NCBI GenBank assembly: GCA_027002995.1
Contig: JALWZB010000155.1
Span: forward strand, 91,682-155,681
DNA length: 64,000 nt
Reading direction: 5' to 3'
Source: Desulfurococcales archaeon
GTDB taxonomy: Archaea > Thermoproteota > Thermoprotei_A > Sulfolobales > NBVN01
In this document: positions 57,199-64,000 of the stretch, one piece after another
Layout of the letters: each line of letters begins with the position of its first letter
Numbering within the stretch: the first letter of the stretch is position 1
Translations under genes and position numbers: made by a program
The notes under the pieces: generated by a model
What the model saw: the letters and a program-made list of their open reading frames with translations, nothing else
Databases searched by the model: none
What the model was told of the DNA's origin: nothing

Positions 57199-58587
57199 TC
57201 ATGGTTTAAGATACTCGATCTTGTATTTGGGTTCCATAGACAGCATTCGCTCCCATAACTTGTTAACTACCTTATGCGCGCGTTCCATGACTTTCTCGAC
57301 GTCCACATTAACAAGTTTTCTTTCTTTCGTTACCCACTCACCCTCAACTAGCACGCCCCATACGTCATTTCCTGTGAACGTATTCACTAGGTGTCCATAC
57401 ACGGTCCTCTCATCAAGAGGCGTGTGTACGAAGTCAGGCACTATTATTGTTATGTCCGCATCCTTACCTGGCTCGATGGAACCCGTGCGATCATCCACTC
57501 CAAGCACTTTCGCCGCATCTATCGTCGCCATCTCAACAACCTTATCGACAGGCATTACTCGCGGATCCTTTAACGCCACCTTATGTAGTAGGTAAGTTGT
57601 CCTCATGTTATCGAATACATCCATGATGTACCCGTCATTCCCTATGCCGACGGTTATCCCCATGTCCAACATTTTGGGGACGGGAGGTACGCCCACACCA
57701 TTTATCATATTGCTCATCGGGTTATGAGCTACTTTAACGTCGAATTCCTTGAGTATCTTTAGTTCATCCTCGATAGCTTGCACGACGTGTATTGCAAGTA
57801 GCCTCGGTGAGAGGAAACCTATGTCACGCATTCTTTCGATGGGGCGTTTTCCATACCTTTCTATACTATGGTACACATCTATCAATCCTTCCTCAACATG
57901 GAGAGCGTATATCGTGCCGTACTTGTCCGCTAGCTCTTTCGTCCGTATTAGTATCTCATCTGTTACCGTGAATGACGCGTGTACCGTAAAGACTCCCTTA
58001 ACCTTAGTGTCCTTATCATTCCGGGTTTTCTTCGCGAAGCGCTCGTTCTCCTTTATCCCTTGATAGCCTTCCTCTATACTTCTCCTCTGTGTCACCGAGA
58101 AGCCCGCAAACCCCCTAATGCCTACTTCATTGACAGCCTTCTCTATGTAATCCAGTGAACCCTCAATGGCGTTCGGGGCATCCAGCAAGTCCTTGAAGAA
58201 CGTTGTACCCGTTCTTGCAAGCATTATCGCCCCCAGCAACGCACTAATGTAAATGTCCTCATACGTTAGCGATTCATCTAAAGCCCACCAGATCCTTTGG
58301 AGGTTCTGCTGGAAATCGGATGGAGGCTCTATAACTCCGAACCAAGGCGAACCGGTGAGTAATATGCCGTAGAAATGAGTGTGCGCGCATATAAAGCCCG
58401 GGGTGACGACCTGCCTTTTCACTTCAATTACTTCCTCAGCATCATACTTGGATTTACCGTCACCAACACCTACATCCACGATTTTTCCTTCAGAGATGGC
58501 AACGTAACCGCGAGGTATTACCGCCCTGTCCTTGTTCATCGTAACTATCAATGCATTATTTATGAGTTTGTCTACTTTCTCACGCAT
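57199..58587 (-). CDS. amidohydrolase, ATZ/TRZ/SsnA-like
   Basis: PGFICAHTHFYG metal-binding motif, HVEE, and the C-terminal GSIEPGKDADI pattern. Confidence 0.78.
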   Translation of the reverse strand: MREKVDKLINNALIVTMNKDRAVIPRGYVAISEGKIVDVGVGDGKSKYDAEEVIEVKRQVVTPGFICAHTHFYGILLTGSPWFGVIEPPSDFQQNLQRIWWALDESLTYEDIYISALLGAIMLARTGTTFFKDLLDAPNAIEGSLDYIEKAVNEVGIRGFAGFSVTQRRSIEEGYQGIKENERFAKKTRNDKDTKVKGVFTVHASFTVTDEILIRTKELADKYGTIYALHVEEGLIDVYHSIERYGKRPIERMRDIGFLSPRLLAIHVVQAIEDELKILKEFDVKVAHNPMSNMINGVGVPPVPKMLDMGITVGIGNDGYIMDVFDNMRTTYLLHKVALKDPRVMPVDKVVEMATIDAAKVLGVDDRTGSIEPGKDADITIIVPDFVHTPLDERTVYGHLVNTFTGNDVWGVLVEGEWVTKERKLVNVDVEKVMERAHKVVNKLWERMLSMEPKYKIEYLKP

Positions 58588-58779
58588 AAAACCATGCCCT
58601 CATTCAAAGACACTCTGTTAATTTTATTAAGTATTCGTTTATTGTAAAGTGATAAATGTTAACAGATGCACTTCTTCAGTGACTGAAACCCTCGAGAATT
58701 GTTTAATGCCGTTGCAGAAAAGAGTTTCTGCTCTTTTGTTCCTTCGAAAAAATAGTAGAGGTTGAAGGGATTAGGTACG

Positions 58780-59742
58780 TTAATCGGGTACAACCATTGT
58801 TCCGGATTCGCCTTTGATTACTTCGTACCCTTTCTGTAGGTGCCCGATCATTGCCTTCTTGCCGCCATGCTTGATGAACCTTATGGCTGCTAGCACCTTT
58901 GGGCCCATGGATCCCGGTTTGAAGTGACCTTCCCTGTAATACTTCTCAAGTTCGGAAACCGTCACTACGTCCAGCTTCTTCTGGTCAGGTTTACCGTAGT
59001 TTATGTACGCGCCATCAACGTCTGTGAGTATGACGAATGCGCCTACGCCGAGTGCGGTTGCCAGTACCTCACCTGCTAGGTCTTTGTCGATTACTGCCTC
59101 GACACCTTGTAGTGTACCGTCTTCATTCCTTATTACGGGTATTCCGCCGCCTCCTGAGGCTATTACTATCCACCCTTCCTCTATGAGTTTCTTGACAGCG
59201 CCTACCTCTATGTTCTCTTTAGGATCGGGCGACGGTACTACCCTTCTGTACCCTCCTCGGGGATCGGGCTTTATTATCCACCCTTTTTCCTTAGCTAGTC
59301 TTTCCGCTTCCTCCTTGGTGTAGTAGCTTCCGACATACTTTGTTGGGTTCTGCCATGCTGGGTCGTCCTTACTGACAAGTACTTGGTTAACTATCGCGAC
59401 GGCTCCCTTGACGCTATCCCTAATTCCCTCCTTCACTAGGGTGTTGTCAATTGCCTGCATTAGTAAGTAGCCTAGCCATCCTTGAGTCATGGCGCCCGCG
59501 ATGTCCATTGCGAGCGGTGGTATCCTATCCTTTGAGCGCTCCATCCACTCGAGTATCGTGCCTACCTGTGGTCCGTTTCCATGGGTTATCGCTACCTTGT
59601 AGCCCTCCTTCACTATCCGGACTATGGTGTTGGCGGCTCTATAGGCGTTCTTCCAGTAGTTCTCAGTTGTGCCTGGCTCGCCCTTGGTTTGGAATGCGTT
59701 GCCGCCCAGGGCTATTAGTATGTATTTTTCGTTTCTTTCCAT
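58780..59742 (-). CDS. arcC: carbamate kinase
   Basis: IALGGNAF, THGNGPQVG, SGGGGIPV. Confidence 0.9.
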   Translation of the reverse strand: MERNEKYILIALGGNAFQTKGEPGTTENYWKNAYRAANTIVRIVKEGYKVAITHGNGPQVGTILEWMERSKDRIPPLAMDIAGAMTQGWLGYLLMQAIDNTLVKEGIRDSVKGAVAIVNQVLVSKDDPAWQNPTKYVGSYYTKEEAERLAKEKGWIIKPDPRGGYRRVVPSPDPKENIEVGAVKKLIEEGWIVIASGGGGIPVIRNEDGTLQGVEAVIDKDLAGEVLATALGVGAFVILTDVDGAYINYGKPDQKKLDVVTVSELEKYYREGHFKPGSMGPKVLAAIRFIKHGGKKAMIGHLQKGYEVIKGESGTMVVPD

Positions 59743-59787
59743 CTTTGATTCACCTAAATATCATAGTGGCTTTGGTTTTTAAGTTGC

Positions 59788-60858
59788 TTAGTCGTAGCGG
59801 CTTCCCATTACCATGGCCATTACGGCCTTCTGCACGTGGAGCCTGTTCTCCGCTTCCTCAAAGTATAGTGACTTCTCGTAAGTGTCTAGCACCTCGTCCG
59901 TTACTTCCATACCTCTGTCCGCAGGGCCGCAGTGCATGTAGTAGGGCTTGCCGGCCTCCTCTAGGAGATCCATGGTGACTATCCAGTCTTTGAACTTAGC
60001 CTGATACTCCTTAGCCTCCTCCTTGTGAACCTTCCCGTCAGCACTGTAGGGCGGGAAGAAGCCTTTGGGGCTCCATGCCTTCGGATAAACGAAGGCTGCA
60101 CCCTCGAACGCCTCTTTCATGTTATACGTGACTTCGAAGGATCCACCGTACTGGTCAGCGAGTTCCTTGCCCTTCTGGATTATTTCATCCTGTAACTCGA
60201 ATCCTGGTGGGTGGGCTACGACGACCTCAGCCCCCATTATGGCCGCTATTAGCGCGACACTCTGAGGCACTGCTAAGGGCTTTAGCCCGCCTGAGTATGC
60301 GTAGGATACCACGAACTTCTTGCCACGTAGGTTTGGCATGACGTCAAGGGCTGTCTTTATGTCTGCTAAGGCCTGGAACGGGTGGAATATGTCGTCCTCC
60401 ATGTTCAGTACCGGTATGCTTGCCCACTTAGCGAACTCCTCAATTATCCTGTGGCCACGACCGATAATCCACTTCGCGGCGTCGGCGTAGATCCTGATGG
60501 CAATGGCGTTCCCGTACCTGCTCAGTACCCTAGCCACGTCACTTATTGCCTCGGTCTTGTAAGCAACCATGTCCTCGGGTAGCGTAGGCGTGTAGACATC
60601 ATTGGGGCTCAGGAAGTTGCCGTGACCACCTAACTGGAATATCCCAGCTTCAAAGCTATTCCTAGTTCTTAGGGACCTGTTGTAGAAGAGCATGAAGAGT
60701 GTCTGACCAGCAAGGTAGGGCGTCGGTATCTTAGACTTGAACTTGCGCTCTAGGTCCCTGGCCGCCTCAATTATCATTTTTATTTCTTCTTGAGTCCTGT
60801 TAATGTTCGTTAGGTAGTCTTGGCCTTCCCAAATACCAACATACCAAGGTTTGCCCAT
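59788..60858 (-). CDS. carbamoyltransferase, YgeW-like (divergent ATCase/OTCase family), paralog B
   Basis: SLRTRNSFEAG (SxRTR), HPFQALAD (HPxQ), YMHCGPADRG (HCLP-like), RGKKFVVSYAYSG...PLAVPQS. Confidence 0.78.
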   Translation of the reverse strand: MGKPWYVGIWEGQDYLTNINRTQEEIKMIIEAARDLERKFKSKIPTPYLAGQTLFMLFYNRSLRTRNSFEAGIFQLGGHGNFLSPNDVYTPTLPEDMVAYKTEAISDVARVLSRYGNAIAIRIYADAAKWIIGRGHRIIEEFAKWASIPVLNMEDDIFHPFQALADIKTALDVMPNLRGKKFVVSYAYSGGLKPLAVPQSVALIAAIMGAEVVVAHPPGFELQDEIIQKGKELADQYGGSFEVTYNMKEAFEGAAFVYPKAWSPKGFFPPYSADGKVHKEEAKEYQAKFKDWIVTMDLLEEAGKPYYMHCGPADRGMEVTDEVLDTYEKSLYFEEAENRLHVQKAVMAMVMGSRYD

Positions 60859-61013
60859 AAGGCACTACCTCGTGTCTTAGGGTGCTTATTTAATAAAAAA
60901 TATGTGCTAATTGTGTTTAGTGAATCGCCACATGGTTTTTACCGCAAAAAATTAAAGCAATTTAACTGCTTATCGTAAAACGGTGTTGTTAGACAACTAG
61001 TCCTACTTGTTCA

Positions 61014-62081
61014 TTACCTGATGTTAGCCATCGTGAGCGCTAACACGGCAGCCTTGGTCCATAAGCCGTTCTCGGCCTGCTCGTACAGGATCGACCTCGG
61101 GCTATCCACGACGTCGTCGTCCGCCTCGTAACCCCTCATTATGGGCATTACGTGCATCAGCACACCTGACTTATCCATTAACTCCATGAGTTCAGCGGTT
61201 ACCTTCCAGTCCTTGTACTTCTCGTAAATCTTCAGTTCTTCCTCAGCGAACTTACTGTAGCCTAGTTCTTGAAGTTGCCTTGATGCCCAATTCCTCGGGA
61301 AGACTGCGTGAGCACCGCGTAGTGCTTCCTTGTAGTCGTTCGTGAACTCTAGATGCGCTCCGCTAGCCTCCGCATTCTTCTTCGCCATCTCAATGATGTC
61401 TGGGTATAGATCAAAGCCTGGGGGATAGGCTACTGTGACGTCGACCCCCATACGTGTGAAGAGTAGTAGGTCTGCGTTAATGCTACAGGGCCCCCTAATG
61501 TGCGGTGAGTACGCCCACATTATTACGTATTTCTTGCCTTTATAGTGGGGGAATCTTTCCTTGAAGGTCATGAAGTCCGCTAGGGCTTGAGTTGGGTGGA
61601 ACTGGTCGTCAGCCATATTTATTACTGGTATCTTAACGTGCTTTGCAGCCTCTCTTATTAGTTGGTTACCGACGCCATGCTTGAAGTCTATTGCTTTGTC
61701 AAGTATTCTTATACCTAGTCCGTGACCATACCTGTCGTACATTGCTACAATGTCCTTAACCGCCTCCCCTTCACCCGCCCTGGTCTGCCTTGATTCAATA
61801 TACTGCGCGTGACCACCTAAGTACGTCATTGCCGCCTCGAAGGCTGCTCTAGTCCTGGTGGACGGTGCGAAGAATAGCATGAAGAAGGTCTTTCTGTCCA
61901 GTAACTTAGGTATTTCATCCATCCCAAAGTAATGGTACCTCCACTTTAACTCTTCTGCAAGTCCTATGGCGATCTTTAGTTCCTCTATCTCCCAGTCTTG
62001 GGTTGTGATTAAGTCTTTGCCTGTGAGATCAGCTATAAAGTTCCTCATTTCATTACACCTTCGTCGTAAATCATGCATCAT
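61014..62081 (-). CDS. carbamoyltransferase, YgeW-like, paralog A
   Basis: STRTRAAFEAA, HPTQALAD, KGKKYVIMWAYSP and the variant C-terminal motif LMHVMPIMRG. Confidence 0.78.
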   Translation of the reverse strand: MMHDLRRRCNEMRNFIADLTGKDLITTQDWEIEELKIAIGLAEELKWRYHYFGMDEIPKLLDRKTFFMLFFAPSTRTRAAFEAAMTYLGGHAQYIESRQTRAGEGEAVKDIVAMYDRYGHGLGIRILDKAIDFKHGVGNQLIREAAKHVKIPVINMADDQFHPTQALADFMTFKERFPHYKGKKYVIMWAYSPHIRGPCSINADLLLFTRMGVDVTVAYPPGFDLYPDIIEMAKKNAEASGAHLEFTNDYKEALRGAHAVFPRNWASRQLQELGYSKFAEEELKIYEKYKDWKVTAELMELMDKSGVLMHVMPIMRGYEADDDVVDSPRSILYEQAENGLWTKAAVLALTMANIR

Positions 62082-62174
62082 TAATTATAAACCATTACTT
62101 CACGCGTGGAATGTAAATGATGACGTGACAGGTAATTTAGGATAAGGTTATTGATGATACACAACAATTAAGCT

Positions 62175-62678
62175 TTACTTGCTTCGTGTATCCGAGAGCA
62201 CTTCGCTGAATGCTTTCTTCAGTCTCGTGAACGTAACTAGTAAATCTTCAGGGATTACTTTGGTGTTTGCTGAGACGGGCATGTAGTTCGTGTCTCCAGA
62301 CCATCTGGGGACGACATGTATGTGCATGTGAGATTCGATTCCTGCTCCCGCCACCTTACCTAGGTTTAGGCCTATGTTGTATCCTTGAGGCGCGTATTCA
62401 TAATCTATCGCGCGTAGTGTGATGCTTAATGCCTTATGCATGTCTAGGGCTTCCTCATCCGTTAGCAGGTCCGGGCGGGGTACGTGCCTTTTAGGAGCGA
62501 TCATGACATGCGCTGTATTGTATGGGAACTTATTCAACATAATTATGGTGTGTTCGCTTCTGAAAACCACTAGCGCCTCCTCATCGCTCATCCTTAGGGC
62601 CTCGCAGAATATACATGTCTTGGTTTTGCTGGCGTTCTTTATGTAAGCCATCCTCCAGGGAGCCCATAGTATGCGCAT
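62175..62678 (-). CDS. HIT (histidine triad) family protein
   Basis: HMHIHVVPR triad motif. Confidence 0.85.
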   Translation of the reverse strand: MRILWAPWRMAYIKNASKTKTCIFCEALRMSDEEALVVFRSEHTIIMLNKFPYNTAHVMIAPKRHVPRPDLLTDEEALDMHKALSITLRAIDYEYAPQGYNIGLNLGKVAGAGIESHMHIHVVPRWSGDTNYMPVSANTKVIPEDLLVTFTRLKKAFSEVLSDTRSK

Positions 62679-62736
62679 CGTTTTTCACCATCTGCGTAAT
62701 GATAGTTCGTGGTGCGTTTATTTATTTCCGTTGCCG

Positions 62737-63492
62737 TTAGTGTGTTAATATCGTCAGGATGTAGTGCTGTGGCGTGAGGAGCGCCAGTGTGTACCCTATG
62801 AAGAAGAACACTACGTGCGGTAAGCCGGGCGTGACCCATATTTTCTCGTCGCTTTGAATTTCTCCTCTCGCGATAGCGCCCTTAATGCGTTCCTTAATGC
62901 GTTCCTCTTCCTCATCATCGTCAGAAAAGGAAGGCCGACATATAAACTCTCCTTTACCTACCGGAATTGTGAGTGGGTACGTAAACTTCTTCTCCAGCAT
63001 TTCTTTAGCACTCATAGGTCTCCCGAAGAATATGAGGTACGTCTTCCTGCCCTCCTTACACTTTATCTTATTGAGAAACGACTTGTAGAGGAGAGTGTTG
63101 CATAGAGCGTAGTACATCATTAAGCCCAGAGGTATTAACAGGGAGTATAATAGCGTGAGCAGCGGTATTGGGAACACAAGGAACTGCGGGTGCGCGAGCG
63201 CTATCATTAGTAGGGCAAGGAAATCTGCACCGCCGATCATGCCTAGCAAAGATATCACGAAGACTATGAGGACCGGAAACATGGAAAGAGCTGTGTGTAG
63301 GAGATCATACCTTCCTGAAAGGACGTTGATTGTTATGGATATAGCTATTGCTGGTACCCAAGTTACTTCCGGTATGTCTCTATACTTAATGTCTCTGTAG
63401 GATGCGTACGCAAGTGTGGCTAGGATGGATACTATTATCAGTGTCTTGGCTTCGATCCACAAAACTTCACTCCTCAATATCCCTGATGCCAA
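62737..63492 (-). CDS. pibD: A24-family prepilin/preflagellin peptidase (PibD/FlaK-like)
   Basis: Polytopic membrane protein. First Asp region [12 protein letters not shown], second catalytic motif IGGADFLAL (GxGD-type). Confidence 0.72.
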   Translation of the reverse strand: MASGILRSEVLWIEAKTLIIVSILATLAYASYRDIKYRDIPEVTWVPAIAISITINVLSGRYDLLHTALSMFPVLIVFVISLLGMIGGADFLALLMIALAHPQFLVFPIPLLTLLYSLLIPLGLMMYYALCNTLLYKSFLNKIKCKEGRKTYLIFFGRPMSAKEMLEKKFTYPLTIPVGKGEFICRPSFSDDDEEEERIKERIKGAIARGEIQSDEKIWVTPGLPHVVFFFIGYTLALLTPQHYILTILTH

Positions 63493-64000
63493 CGTCAGTG
63501 ATCACGAAAACTGCCTCACCCTCAGGTAGGTGTGGTGCGTCGACGACCCTAGCTATTCTTCTGTTGCCCCTACCCTTCCTTAGCTGTACTCTAACTCCCG
63601 GTGCGTGGGCTAGGACATGGCCTCCTACAGCCTGCGTTGGGTCACCATAGAATACGTCTGGTTTGGCCATAACTTGGTTAGTTACGACCACGGCAACGTC
63701 GTATATGTCAGCTATCCTAGCTAGCTGATGTAGGTGCCTGTTAAGTTTCTGTTGTCGGGTAGCTAGGTTCTCTCTGCCTGGATACTCGGCCCTGAAGTGG
63801 CTCATGACGGAGTCCACGACCACTAACTTAATGTTTTCCTTAGGTATGAGCTCCATTGCCTCCTTTACGATTGCCATTTGGTGATCGGTGCTTAATGCTC
63901 TAGCCCAGATTATGTTCTCCATCACCTTATCTGGGTCTAACCCTAAGCCCCTAGCCATCGCCTCTATGCGCTCCCACCTGAACGTTCCCTCAGTATCGAT
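63467..64000 (-). CDS. radA: DNA repair and recombination protein RadA (3' part; 5' end lies beyond the window)
   Basis: [22 protein letters not shown]..., Walker [31 protein letters not shown]. The frame is open to nt 64000. Confidence 0.92.
   Translation of the reverse strand: MDTEGTFRWERIEAMARGLGLDPDKVMENIIWARALSTDHQMAIVKEAMELIPKENIKLVVVDSVMSHFRAEYPGRENLATRQQKLNRHLHQLARIADIYDVAVVVTNQVMAKPDVFYGDPTQAVGGHVLAHAPGVRVQLRKGRGNRRIARVVDAPHLPEGEAVFVITDVGIRDIEE

Overview
This is a 64-kb chromosomal window from a hyperthermophilic crenarchaeon. Supporting gene content: Cren7, a Sulfolobus-type OB-fold SSB, TFB, aIF1/SUI1, RpoP, RadA, the tRNA-splicing endonuclease, an orphan 5S rRNA, and tRNAs of which many carry introns and most encode CCA. 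About 60 supportable protein genes are mostly housekeeping: GlyRS, IleRS, MetAP, agmatinase, a sugar ABC transporter, AOR and threonine synthase. There are six contiguous tRNA genes, three with introns, and one 5S rRNA. Five things stand out. (1) A tRNA(CAT) gene is split into two pieces that lie in permuted order. The 3' half (28996-29059) sits about 320 bp upstream of the 5' half (29380-29427). Each half has its own TATA-like box at the expected distance. A perfect 14-bp leader/trailer helix plus a bulge-helix-bulge-like motif predicts joining exactly at position 32/33. (2) A tightly packed five-gene operon (31757-39316) combines a class-III-signal pilin, a FlaI/PilB-type ATPase, a FlaJ/PilC-type membrane protein, a 780-aa Cys-rich orphan and a VirB4/CedB-like ATPase. 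I read this hybrid of type IV pilus and conjugation-type components as a candidate DNA-exchange apparatus. A prepilin peptidase gene overlapping radA lies at the window end. (3) A 1.9-kb decayed integrated element sits at tRNA-Thr, bounded by a perfect 51-bp direct repeat. It carries one intact VapBC pair and one frameshifted UPF0175/PIN pair. (4) A cluster of two YgeW-like carbamoyltransferases, carbamate kinase, an SsnA-like amidohydrolase and a PreA-like flavoprotein suggests ATP-yielding nucleobase fermentation. (5) A PfkB kinase is followed by two tandem eIF-2B-family paralogs. No CRISPR array or intact integrase or transposase was seen. All functional calls rest on motif recognition by eye, not on searches.
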